Shown in pieces: positions 17,565 to 26,472 of a stretch of 35,162 bases of DNA. A model generated the notes under the pieces. That model ran no database searches and was not told where the DNA came from. It worked only from the letters and a program-made list of their open reading frames with translations. The position numbers and the translations under genes are program-made. The stretch covers positions 1-35,162 of IMG/VR virus record IMGVR_UViG_3300028587_000020, one strand, 5' to 3'. Origin of the DNA: a virus. Its lineage: Duplodnaviria; Caudoviricetes. Each line of letters opens with the position of its first letter. The first letter of the stretch is position 1.

Positions 17565-19808
17565 TCATCCCATCGGTGGAATTTGTTCTTGCGGTGCGCC
17601 TTCTTCTGGAGCCATTCCTTGCTCTGGAGGCATTTGACTCGGATCGCCTCCAGCGACAATTGCCTGAAGCATTTCATCAGGGGCCTGGCCTTGTTCCATT
17701 CCACCTGATGTTACCGCATTCTGGCCGTCCTGGGGAGCAGGCTGACCAGGAATCATTCCGAGCGCCATCATGTGCTGATTGACATGCTGCTCGAAAAGAT
17801 TCTTCGTTTCCTGGGGAAGCTGCTCATACTCCTGAGACTTTCGATAAGTGTTGTGCACCTGAATGTGAGCCTGGTGTGCATCGAAAGAATTGACAGGAAC
17901 AATGAGCGGCGGTTCTGTGGGATTTCCTGCCATGTCGACAAGTGGCTGACCAGACTTCGGGTCAACAAGTCCCAGTTCAGGATTCGGTTCGCCAGTGATA
18001 GGATCTTTTGCAACAAAAGTTGCTGCGTACTGAGAAATCTGTTCCTGAGTTACGGACGCCATTCGCATATTCTCGCGAGAAGCCTGCGCAAAGTCCACAC
18101 GAATTTCATCGTACAGCCTACTTACGCCACCCATGTCCATAAGCTCAAGGCCCTTTTCCGGGGGAATGAAGCCCTGAGTCATCATGTCCATCAAGAAAGC
18201 TTGCTTGGCAGCCTTAGAAGTAGGAAGTGCAGAACCAGCTTCGACCCGAAGGTCAGTATTTTCGCGAAGATCTGCACCCTGAAAACTCATAACATTGAAA
18301 GTTCCGTCCTTGCCGGTAACTTTCACCTGTCGCGGAGTATCCCAATACTGCTTGACGTAACAAAGCGTCTGATAGCCAATCTTCTCAAACGCCTCTTCAA
18401 TGCCCTGATAAGTCGTTGAGAGCATTGATTCGTCCTGCTCCTGCAAAAAGTTAATTGCAGTTGCAGCGGTTACGCCAGAAGGAACCTGACCCTTGGAAAC
18501 CTGATGCTGGCCCGAAATATCTTCGAAGTCCATCAAAAGTCGATCCAGCTCCTGCAAAACATATGGTGGCATGTTTTGCATCGGCATGGGAGTCGGCTCA
18601 GGATAACCAAGATTGTACTGAATCACCTGACCGGGTTCAGTTGTAATCTTTGACGCGTCGATGGAACCCTTTGCCGCAAGAAGTCGCTCATGGGCCATAG
18701 CATTCTTGTTTTCAGTGATCTGGCCTCGTGTGCGATTGTATTCGCGCTGAATCGCAACAAGGTCAGTCACAACGCTGTCGGCGTAAAAGCGACCGGATGG
18801 AATGTGAGGGATCTTTGTATATGGGTACTGCTGATGAATGTACGGATTTCCCTCTACGTACTGAACAAGCTGATCGCCAATGATGGTAAACATTCCACCA
18901 TTGGGCATGAATTCTACATTGCCGGGCTTAACCCAAACTTCATAGCACATGACAGAATCGCGCTTGAATTCACCGGCGCCAACAAGATTCAAGAAGCTGT
19001 CACTTAGAATGTCGGACGCTTCCATTGTGTTCGGTTCGACTTTCATGCCATACCGAAGCTTAATCCACTCAGGGGAGCGCGTCTGAATCTGAATGACATA
19101 GGGCTGATCTTCTATGTCTTCCTGCATCATATCCGGCACGAAAAGGTGGAAGGGGGTCACCATTTCGTAGCAGAAATCCCCGTCAGGGGGATTTTCAGCA
19201 GGCAGACCCATCTGCTGAGCCATTGCCTGAACTTCAGGAGGAAGAGGCTGCCACTGCTTTGACTTCTTGGTTGGGTCCCAATAAGTCTTGATGAAACCTG
19301 TGCCAGTCGTCAAAGTCCAAAGAATTGTCTGACGGAACTTGGCGTGAATTTTCTGCTGCCTGTAGACGGAATCCCAGATCTGCTCACCAGCCTGAGCGGC
19401 TGAAAGATCCTTGTCTTCATTCGTAGCGGGAACAACTGTTGCGCTCGGCTTCTGAGCAGTCAGTCGAGATATCTCTGTACGAATGATAGGGCGGATACGA
19501 TTAATAACAGGCCGAGCACGAAAGTAGGGAGCAGGTGGAATGTAAAGACGAACGCCAACACCGCTACCATTAGAATTCGAAGTAGGTAGAAGCTGAACAT
19601 TTTGCTTCCCCGCGTAGAAAGCGAGATTCAGATACCACTGACGTTCAACTTGCTGACGAATTGTGCGGCACCGGAGGTGAGCATTCTTCGTCCACGAAAT
19701 GACACGATTGGCAAAGTCCGCATCTTTTGAGCGACTCGCAAGCTGAGAAAGTTGCTCCTGAGAATACGGCTCAATGTTCCCTCCGGGGACAACCGAAGAT
19801 GTTGCCAT
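17565..19808 (-). CDS. Portal protein (P22-like, long)
   Basis: FYAGKQ, INRIRPI, GTGFIKTYWD, QREYNRTR and SG..ATAINFLQEQD patterns plus a Pro/Gln-rich tail. SD AAGGAGGTG; lies downstream of TerL. Confidence 0.88.
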   Translation of the reverse strand: MATSSVVPGGNIEPYSQEQLSQLASRSKDADFANRVISWTKNAHLRCRTIRQQVERQWYLNLAFYAGKQNVQLLPTSNSNGSGVGVRLYIPPAPYFRARPVINRIRPIIRTEISRLTAQKPSATVVPATNEDKDLSAAQAGEQIWDSVYRQQKIHAKFRQTILWTLTTGTGFIKTYWDPTKKSKQWQPLPPEVQAMAQQMGLPAENPPDGDFCYEMVTPFHLFVPDMMQEDIEDQPYVIQIQTRSPEWIKLRYGMKVEPNTMEASDILSDSFLNLVGAGEFKRDSVMCYEVWVKPGNVEFMPNGGMFTIIGDQLVQYVEGNPYIHQQYPYTKIPHIPSGRFYADSVVTDLVAIQREYNRTRGQITENKNAMAHERLLAAKGSIDASKITTEPGQVIQYNLGYPEPTPMPMQNMPPYVLQELDRLLMDFEDISGQHQVSKGQVPSGVTAATAINFLQEQDESMLSTTYQGIEEAFEKIGYQTLCYVKQYWDTPRQVKVTGKDGTFNVMSFQGADLRENTDLRVEAGSALPTSKAAKQAFLMDMMTQGFIPPEKGLELMDMGGVSRLYDEIRVDFAQASRENMRMASVTQEQISQYAATFVAKDPITGEPNPELGLVDPKSGQPLVDMAGNPTEPPLIVPVNSFDAHQAHIQVHNTYRKSQEYEQLPQETKNLFEQHVNQHMMALGMIPGQPAPQDGQNAVTSGGMEQGQAPDEMLQAIVAGGDPSQMPPEQGMAPEEGAPQEQIPPMG

Positions 19809-19825
19809 TCACCTCCTTTTTAAAG

Positions 19826-20173
19826 TTATCGGTTGAAACCGAATTCCGTCATGAAGTCAGGGTCATCCTGATTGTAGGCCATGTTAGGGTTCAGGCCCAT
19901 CTTCTCGTAACGCTTGGCGAGAGAAACTGCCAAAGCCTCATCGTCAAGAATTGGCGCTTCCTCGACGGGTTCGCTTCGGCTTGTTTCCTTCGTCGTCCAC
20001 TGAAGCCTCTGAAAAGTCTCCAGATTCTTCGACGCCAGAAGATTCGCTGTCGTCGTCAGAACTTCCCTCTGATCCTTCAGAATCTTCGACAACCACCGCG
20101 TCAGGTATATTGTCGTTGCTGATGAGATCAGAGTTATCACAATGACAGTTACGGAGAAGTATGCGGGCTGCAT
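19826..20173 (-). CDS. Membrane-anchored hypothetical protein, overlapping the upstream gene by 230 bp
   Basis: N-terminal TM segment (YFSVTVIVITLISSATTIYL) and its own SD AGGAG 7 nt upstream. The stop falls just before the portal SD. Confidence 0.7.
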   Translation of the reverse strand: MQPAYFSVTVIVITLISSATTIYLTRWLSKILKDQREVLTTTANLLASKNLETFQRLQWTTKETSRSEPVEEAPILDDEALAVSLAKRYEKMGLNPNMAYNQDDPDFMTEFGFNR

Positions 20174-20510
20174 TTACCTGCTCCTGAAGTCGTTCAATTT
20201 CGAGATTCGCATTTCCGTAATTCAGGAGAGCCTTTTCGTACTGACCAAAAAGCTTATTGTAATTGCCATAAGTGGCAAAACCCATCATCTTTGCAACTTC
20301 AGCGAGACAGAAAGTGCAGAGGTAAAAGACGCCAAACCAATCCTGCGTCTTGCCAAAGTCCGCGAACTGTCGACCGTCCCCGCCCGAACTTCCGCAAACA
20401 ACACAGATGCCAGGATTCAGGACCGGCTCATTTGTGATACGAAAACGTGACTGAGGGAATTCCTCAGCCACCTTTTCGACATCGACTCTTTCGATGTTAG
20501 TTACGTCCAC
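19944..20510 (-). CDS. Zn-finger plus coiled-coil protein with an acidic tail
   Basis: CVVC...CTFC, a coiled coil and an Asp/Glu/Ser-rich C-terminus. Confidence 0.75.
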   Translation of the reverse strand: MDVTNIERVDVEKVAEEFPQSRFRITNEPVLNPGICVVCGSSGGDGRQFADFGKTQDWFGVFYLCTFCLAEVAKMMGFATYGNYNKLFGQYEKALLNYGNANLEIERLQEQVNAARILLRNCHCDNSDLISNDNIPDAVVVEDSEGSEGSSDDDSESSGVEESGDFSEASVDDEGNKPKRTRRGSANS

Positions 20511-20968
20511 TTCGTGGAATCACTTTCCTCAGTTGAATCAGACTCAGTCGTGACAGCTTCGTCGGAAACTTCGCTTCCTTCCGGTGCTTCCGAACTCTCT
20601 TCCTCTGCATCTTCGACAACCACGAGATTTTCTTCCTCGTTGGAATCGGAGTAGACTCCATTGTTTTCCTCATCCTGAACAGTTCCCGCATCCTCATCCG
20701 GCCTTCCGGAATCTACAGGAATGTCATTCGGGTTCTCATCGGCAAAATGTACCGACTGATAGTTTGAGGGAACAGTTCCCGTGCGCTCCTGAACCTGCGG
20801 AGTCCAATCCGGGTAAGTCCGCTCAACAATAACTTCTCGCGCCTCTCGACCTTCTACGCGCGCTGCACGGTCTTCGTGCTGCTGCTTTTCAAGACGCTCA
20901 AGATTCTCATTGTTAGCAGCATCACCGAGAGTCGGATTGTTCCAGATCTCCGGATCGAGGTCAGTCAT
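20501..20968 (-). CDS. Highly acidic hypothetical protein
   Basis: SD GGAGG; 155 aa with an Asp/Glu-rich C-terminal half. Confidence 0.75.
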   Translation of the reverse strand: MTDLDPEIWNNPTLGDAANNENLERLEKQQHEDRAARVEGREAREVIVERTYPDWTPQVQERTGTVPSNYQSVHFADENPNDIPVDSGRPDEDAGTVQDEENNGVYSDSNEEENLVVVEDAEEESSEAPEGSEVSDEAVTTESDSTEESDSTKWT

Positions 20969-21092
20969 TTTCCTCCGTCTTTTTGATTTGCCGTGTACCT
21001 ACGGGATGATGCTGACAATCACAGCCATTACAATCCGCGTGCCAACTTGGAAGGTTATTGTCAGCAGCATTTGCGCAATGTCTACATATCAT
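20961..21092 (-). CDS. Cys/His-rich microprotein (43 aa), not in the ORF track
   Basis: MICRHCANAADNNLPSWHADCNGCDCQHHPVGTRQIKKTEEND*. It overlaps the TerL stop and the next start and fills the gap exactly. Confidence 0.65.
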   Translation of the reverse strand: MICRHCANAADNNLPSWHADCNGCDCQHHPVGTRQIKKTEEND

Positions 21093-22617
21093 CGTTTAGA
21101 ACAACCCGCCAACCATTGTCACGATCAGACAAAACCCTGGGATTCAAATTAGGGTCAGTGTTCCAAGAACCATGCCCAGGAAGTTTCGCTGACGATCCTC
21201 CAATTGCTGGAAGTGGAGACTTCTCCGGCAAGTTTATCGTTTGCTTCAATTCTGGCATGAAGCTAAAGAAGTACCTGCATTCATCACATGCGTGATCATC
21301 CTTTTTGTGGATTTGGTCATATGGATTGTTCTGTGATGCTTGCTTTTTTGACGCCCAAGTTTTCCAACGAAGGCGACTAATTTCACGAATCAGGTTAGCG
21401 CAGTTACGCGTTATGCGCCAGGAGGGTGTTCCGTCTTCTCTAAGGGCAAGGTACTGATTAACTTTTGCCACCCCAGTGAGTACATCGTTATTTCCCAGGA
21501 CAAACCCAATGCCCCGTATTGCATACTCAGTTTGAATTGACGTGCCAGTGACAGCCTGCTTTTGGGCGAGAGCCGGGTCACAAATGTTGACATCTGGAAT
21601 TCGATTGTGGGCAGCATTCTTCGCATGAATGACTGCCGCGTGGTATTCAATGATACGTCCACTTTCGTAGTGCTCATCGAAAGTTATGACCTCGTTGTCT
21701 TGATTGACGGCGTGCCAATGCACTGCCGTTGGATTGTTGAAGCCGTGGTCAAGAGACATGTAGTGCTTGTAATTTCGCCCCTTAAATTCAAGGGGATCAA
21801 TTTCGTCAATGACATGAATCTTGGGATTGAAAGCCTTGTAGACAAGTCCACCCATCTGGACAAACTTGCCCTTACCTCGCGCATCAGCTTCATCTTCTGA
21901 AAGCGAATCAAGGAATTCTTTCACCTCGGTTTGATCGAGGTGGGGATTCTCGGCCATATCGACCTCTGTAATGTCGATATTCTTGTCGCCAAGGATTCCC
22001 TTTTCATAGATTACATCATAGATCCACGTCATACCTTCGACGGGAGTCATCGTGATCCATGCATGACCTTTTCGGTCGATGAGTCGAGCCATATTTTCTG
22101 TGTAAATTGTTTCGGGCGGCTCTTCGTCAAAATGGACAAAATCCCGTGACGTTCCCGCAAATTTGTCCAAGTCTTGGTCGTATGACATGAGTTCAACGAA
22201 AGAACCATTTTCAAGATAAAGTGTTCTCGTAGATGCTTCGTAAGCAGAGAACCAAGAGCCCCCTCGGAGTTGAGATGGTGGAAGCCATTGCTTGAGCTGA
22301 GGCTTGATGATTTTTTCAATTCCATTGAGAAAGTCAACCGAGATGATTCGTCCGGCAATTGGTCGATCCGGAATTCGCTGGAAAGGATGACTCCGGGTGA
22401 GCCACCAAATATCTTCAACGATACCTCCCGTAGTTTTGCCGGACCGGTTTCCTCCAATATAAAGACGAATTCGCTTGGCGGAGTTATGAAACTTCTTCTG
22501 CTTTGCGTGAGGAACGTACGAATTGATATCTGGAAAATCTGCAACTCTTGCAAGGTTTTCTCCGAGGTCTCGAAATGCATCCTGAATGTTGGCGATCTTC
22601 TTTTGCCTAGGCGGCAT
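21082..22617 (-). CDS. terL: Terminase large subunit
   Basis: Walker A GGNRSGKT, Walker B VHFDEE, coupling motif TMTP, and nuclease motifs SLDHG and DDHACDECRY. SD AAGGAGG. Confidence 0.95.
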   Translation of the reverse strand: MPPRQKKIANIQDAFRDLGENLARVADFPDINSYVPHAKQKKFHNSAKRIRLYIGGNRSGKTTGGIVEDIWWLTRSHPFQRIPDRPIAGRIISVDFLNGIEKIIKPQLKQWLPPSQLRGGSWFSAYEASTRTLYLENGSFVELMSYDQDLDKFAGTSRDFVHFDEEPPETIYTENMARLIDRKGHAWITMTPVEGMTWIYDVIYEKGILGDKNIDITEVDMAENPHLDQTEVKEFLDSLSEDEADARGKGKFVQMGGLVYKAFNPKIHVIDEIDPLEFKGRNYKHYMSLDHGFNNPTAVHWHAVNQDNEVITFDEHYESGRIIEYHAAVIHAKNAAHNRIPDVNICDPALAQKQAVTGTSIQTEYAIRGIGFVLGNNDVLTGVAKVNQYLALREDGTPSWRITRNCANLIREISRLRWKTWASKKQASQNNPYDQIHKKDDHACDECRYFFSFMPELKQTINLPEKSPLPAIGGSSAKLPGHGSWNTDPNLNPRVLSDRDNGWRVVLNDDM

Positions 22618-22627
22618 GACCTCCTTT

Positions 22628-22861
22628 TTAAAGTTCGTAGTTCAGATGATGGATCAGGTCTTTGCGCGCTCGATTCTTAGTCCATCCATGACCGCATCGA
22701 GTTCCTTCGCTAGCTTCAGCCAAATAACCATTGAAATATTGCCTAACGGCCCGAAAGTTTTTCCTACCCAATTGGTACTTCAAATACTCTAGACCTCGTC
22801 GATACCTTTTATGCTTCAAATCCATAAACAGCCCAACAGGGTAAATTTCTACATCATACAT
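22628..22861 (-). CDS. Small basic hypothetical protein
   Basis: 77 aa, SD GGGGA, directly upstream of terL. Confidence 0.6.
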   Translation of the reverse strand: MYDVEIYPVGLFMDLKHKRYRRGLEYLKYQLGRKNFRAVRQYFNGYLAEASEGTRCGHGWTKNRARKDLIHHLNYEL

Positions 22862-22880
22862 GGATTCCCCAATTCAGTTC

Positions 22881-23044
22881 GAAAACTTTAAACTTGCTAC
22901 ATTTTGCGGGGGGCCCTACCTCCGGAATACGGCAGGCACTACCGGGCAGGCCCCCTCCGCTCCTGCGTCGCTCCAGAAACCTGCCCGGCAGTTCCAGCCT
23001 ACATTCCTGCGGCCCCCGCAAAACTCCGCAAGTTCAAACTTTTC
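22881..23044 (-). ncRNA. 164-nt rod-like RNA hairpin (candidate sRNA or processing element)
   Basis: Four nested helices fill the whole intergenic gap, and most of the DNA-level mismatches become G.U pairs on the minus strand. Confidence 0.6.
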
Positions 23045-23713
23045 TCACACTGCCGTGTACCTTGCTGTTCCGACAGCATATTGTACGCCGGTCAAATAGA
23101 CCCGGTTAAAGTCGGCAGTTCCGCCAAAAGCTCGGATGCTAGAAGTGTTGAAGTCGTCCTGAAGGAAAAGTCGGACACCCTGATAAATGTTCAGGTTCGT
23201 GTCGACGGTTCCTACTGAAACAGGAGAATGTCCCAGCATGTAACCCCCGCCTTCTCGTGGGCTAAGTCCAATAGGCAGGGTTTTGAAAAGCTGGTACGAA
23301 ACATTTCTCGAGATGTTTCCGGAGGTTGGCCCGATGATTCCTCGCCAGTAGCACTGACCTCTATTGTCGAGAGCTATTTGGAAAGGTGCGGCTGGAACGG
23401 GATTCAAAGTCCAGCCGGTAATGTCCATGCATGTATTGGGAACTGTCACCCAGGGGGAAATGGCATCCTGGATGGGTCGCCAATGCCAACCCCAGTTCGC
23501 ATCTTTACATGCGAGCAGATAGATTGACTGGGTGTCGCTCTTGTAAAACCTGTCGCCGACATTATAATTCCCGGCTGTTGGTAGACTTGTGCCAGCAGGG
23601 GCGGCGGGAATGTCGGCTAGCTTGTCCCAGTTCGCATTGAGCCAAGTTTCAAAGTTGGCCATGCTGTCATTTGGGTCTGCCATATTGAATCCATAGTTTG
23701 GCGTGACCGGCAT
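23045..23713 (-). CDS. Tail-fibre/receptor-binding-like protein, paralog 3
   Basis: Start at ATG 23713 (TAATG overlap). N-terminal TPNYGF...WLNANWDKL followed by a beta-rich C-terminal domain. Confidence 0.65.
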   Translation of the reverse strand: MPVTPNYGFNMADPNDSMANFETWLNANWDKLADIPAAPAGTSLPTAGNYNVGDRFYKSDTQSIYLLACKDANWGWHWRPIQDAISPWVTVPNTCMDITGWTLNPVPAAPFQIALDNRGQCYWRGIIGPTSGNISRNVSYQLFKTLPIGLSPREGGGYMLGHSPVSVGTVDTNLNIYQGVRLFLQDDFNTSSIRAFGGTADFNRVYLTGVQYAVGTARYTAV

Positions 23714-24345
23714 TAGTACCACCACCAAACTTGGTCAACCATAACAAAGTTGCCGCCACCAGCGCCGCCCATATATTGCACTGATAGGCGGACGTAAGTA
23801 TTTCCCACTGGCTGCTCAACTTTAATGAGCCCACCCTGCGCAACAGAAGTACTTGACCCTGTATTCAGGGAAATAGCACAGGGATTGTAGTGAATGTTTC
23901 CGATCGGCTGCATTGATGCTGGAGGAGAGCCAGCGGCATCCGAATTGAGCAGAAAGAAAGATCCCATGGGCCAGGCGCTTGCAGCGGCGTCATACTGAAA
24001 ACCGCCAGTACATTCCACCATTCGATAAAGTGGATTGTTTCGCCACTTTGGGGTGAATCCTGTCCTGGGTGCTCGTGCTACAGCTACAGGAAAGTTAGTC
24101 CACGCCGACCAACCCTCTGAAATGTTCTGAGGAGCGATGAGTGACGAAGTGCCGCGAACGCAGAATTCAAAAGAGCCGTTGAAATGCTCTTGGCCTGTTT
24201 CTACGTTCGTCATGGTCCCACCTTTCATATAAGGCGTTAGTTTCGCCTCAATGTGGTCCCAGTTTGCATTTATCTGTGCAGCTTCATCAACAAGTGGATC
24301 ATTCGGGGCCGGCGGTGCAATCTTGTTAAAGTTCAAGTATGCCAT
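23713..24345 (-). CDS. Tail-fibre/receptor-binding-like protein, paralog 2
   Basis: N-terminal LNFNK...QINANWDHIE followed by a beta-rich C-terminal domain. Confidence 0.65.
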   Translation of the reverse strand: MAYLNFNKIAPPAPNDPLVDEAAQINANWDHIEAKLTPYMKGGTMTNVETGQEHFNGSFEFCVRGTSSLIAPQNISEGWSAWTNFPVAVARAPRTGFTPKWRNNPLYRMVECTGGFQYDAAASAWPMGSFFLLNSDAAGSPPASMQPIGNIHYNPCAISLNTGSSTSVAQGGLIKVEQPVGNTYVRLSVQYMGGAGGGNFVMVDQVWWWY

Positions 24346-24348
24346 GTT

Positions 24349-25011
24349 TCACCCCGTAACACCTGCATCGTATTTGATCCCAGTGAATTCAATGCGGCTT
24401 TCACCGGACCCGACAGTAGGATTTGACCCGTACCTTCGAATTTCCATCCTGCCAAGTTCGTTGAGAAAGACGCGCGCAATGCTGTAATTTGTGGAAGTGT
24501 TGCCACACCACACGTTAAAGTATTGCGATCGAGCGGGCCGGAATGCGGATGGAATTCCACCGTCAGGAATGACAACAACTGTCGTGCTTACGGGAATAGT
24601 GTCGCCGTCATTTAGCTGAATTGCCCCGATCCACTCAATTTCACGCTTTGTCGCTCCGGAGATGACTTTGTTCTCCCGAACGAAAAATGGAAGGTTGGGA
24701 TATTCTTTGTACCCGCCAGTCAGCCAAGATTTCCCGCTAGTCCAACTGTTGACAGGGCTAGAAGGGCTCTGCCAAAAGAAGCGGCCGGACTGAAAGTATG
24801 TCATGACACTGTTCGAATAGGACTTGTAAAACTTTGGCCTATCGACAGAGCCGGTAACATTTGGGACGGGGTCCGTGACGTATTCATATTCCATCAGCCG
24901 CTTTGCAGCAGTGTCAAGAATTTCCCAATTCCTGTTGAGCTGGGTGTTTACGTCGACGAATTCCGTCGTAGCGGGTTTATACAAATCAAGGTTAGCTGTG
25001 AGATCTCCCAC
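24349..25011 (-). CDS. Tail-fibre/receptor-binding-like protein, paralog 1
   Basis: N-terminal TANLDLYKP...QLNRNWEILD, and the IPSAFRP motif typical of fibre tip domains. Confidence 0.65.
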   Translation of the reverse strand: MGDLTANLDLYKPATTEFVDVNTQLNRNWEILDTAAKRLMEYEYVTDPVPNVTGSVDRPKFYKSYSNSVMTYFQSGRFFWQSPSSPVNSWTSGKSWLTGGYKEYPNLPFFVRENKVISGATKREIEWIGAIQLNDGDTIPVSTTVVVIPDGGIPSAFRPARSQYFNVWCGNTSTNYSIARVFLNELGRMEIRRYGSNPTVGSGESRIEFTGIKYDAGVTG

Positions 25012-25016
25012 TTTCC

Positions 25017-25859
25017 CTACTTCTTGGGGATCTGAAGCTTGATGTTCGGCTCAAAGTGAATGAGCTTCTGATTCACCTCAACAATTTCAAGCCAACGTCG
25101 GCCGTCGCCGAGGTGCTTTTCAGCAAGCCCCCAAAGAGTGTCACCATTCTTTGTGGTTATAACTTTCATCGACGGAAGCGTGGGCGTGGGATTTGCGGGT
25201 CGCTGAGGAAGTGGCTTCTTCGGCTTGGGGCCTTCTTCAATTGCCTGCTCGACGTGGTTCCTGAAACGGGCTACGTCGAAAAGCTTTCCGCTAGACTTTC
25301 CGGGGTCCCACTTTCCCTGCTGCCATTCGCCGTGAGCGAAAGCACTTTCCGCCTTCCAATTATGGAAAGTGCAGATGGCAGCATTCAGGCGTACGGCAGT
25401 ATGATAAAGCTTCGGGTACTCAGTTTCCGGGTTGGAAAGACCGTCATACATCCATTCCCAACCGTAGAAAGCACGGTTCCCGTCGGTGTCAGCCTTTCCA
25501 GGCTTCAGGACACCCTTATAGTTCTCAGCCTTAACCTTTGCGAGAACATTTCCGTCGCCAAGTCCGGCGTGATTGCACCGTCCCCAGCCATTGAGAAGAA
25601 CCTTTCCAGTGGTGGTAATTCCACCATGGCAAAGTGGGCCAGGGAGACTTGCGTACCCCCGCCAAAGAACATCCCGACCGGCCTTGTTGTCCTTGCCGCC
25701 CGTGTGGTGATTCAGAGAGCCGTGAACTTCCCCCCACGCTCCGCGTGAATTACGATTGTGCTCAAACCACTTTACGTCGCCGCGCGAGTTATCCTCAGTG
25801 GGAATGTCCCACTCGTCGAGAATCTTCAAAAACTGCTTGTGACTCATAGGTGCAGACAT
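25017..25859 (-). CDS. Endolysin: N-acetylmuramoyl-L-alanine amidase plus C-terminal LysM
   Basis: NHHTG, AHGEW...KWDP zinc-amidase motifs, a Pro-rich linker, and LysM GDTLWGLAEKHLGDGRRW.EI...N. Confidence 0.9.
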   Translation of the reverse strand: MSAPMSHKQFLKILDEWDIPTEDNSRGDVKWFEHNRNSRGAWGEVHGSLNHHTGGKDNKAGRDVLWRGYASLPGPLCHGGITTTGKVLLNGWGRCNHAGLGDGNVLAKVKAENYKGVLKPGKADTDGNRAFYGWEWMYDGLSNPETEYPKLYHTAVRLNAAICTFHNWKAESAFAHGEWQQGKWDPGKSSGKLFDVARFRNHVEQAIEEGPKPKKPLPQRPANPTPTLPSMKVITTKNGDTLWGLAEKHLGDGRRWLEIVEVNQKLIHFEPNIKLQIPKK

Positions 25860-25864
25860 TTATT

Positions 25865-26062
25865 TCAGCCTCCAGTGGGCGGAGCCGGGGGAGTGGTGGG
25901 AACTTCTACTTCTTCACCGGGTTCCGGCTCAGGTGTCGGGACAACCTTCGTGTTGAGGAAAACTTCAACCTCTTCGGCGAGAACAAAGTCGGCCGTGTCG
26001 GTCTTGTCGTCCCAACCGAATTCATTCAGAAGGTCTGCAAGCTTTTGGAGGAAAGTCATCAC
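25865..26062 (-). CDS. Small acidic Pro-rich hypothetical protein
   Basis: GTGA coupling; 65 aa. Confidence 0.6.
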   Translation of the reverse strand: MMTFLQKLADLLNEFGWDDKTDTADFVLAEEVEVFLNTKVVPTPEPEPGEEVEVPTTPPAPPTGG

Positions 26063-26472
26063 ACCTGCCTAAAGTTAACGAACTTCGAGAGAAGTGTCAC
26101 AAGGTCATTCACGGTAGGCGCAGCTGGAATTGTCCACTCGGCGCGAGTCTTTCCAAGATTCACCGGGTCCATTTCCAGCTTGCCTATCTTTGGCGAGGTT
26201 ACACCGTCGTGAATGTGGTTACCAGGGCTGGACTGATTTCGCCCAGGACCCAAAGTATGGTGCAAACTTTGCTGGCTACTGTCGGCGTCACTGTTAAAAT
26301 GCGCTCGGTTACTTTCTTCTGCCGAGGGAACATTTCCGCCAGCATAGTCTTTTGCTGCTGAGTAAACCTGACCAAAATCGTCAGGCTTTGTTACCGGGGC
26401 GGGATTGATTTCACTACCCGGCTTAATGTTCAGCTTCGTGGGTTTGAGTTCCCTGCCAATTCCTTCAGCCAT
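26059..26472 (-). CDS. Hypothetical (probably virion) protein with an HHTLG...GNH.H motif
   Basis: SD GAGGA; His-cluster SLHHTLGPGRNQSSPGNHIHDG. Confidence 0.7.
   Translation of the reverse strand: MAEGIGRELKPTKLNIKPGSEINPAPVTKPDDFGQVYSAAKDYAGGNVPSAEESNRAHFNSDADSSQQSLHHTLGPGRNQSSPGNHIHDGVTSPKIGKLEMDPVNLGKTRAEWTIPAAPTVNDLVTLLSKFVNFRQV

Noticed and set aside
25056-25748. Long antisense ORFs (also 9435-10088, 13361-13990, 17772-18419, 29736-30422, 31762-32379)
   Set aside because: These are shadows of well-supported genes on the opposite strand, with no SDs or recognisable motifs.
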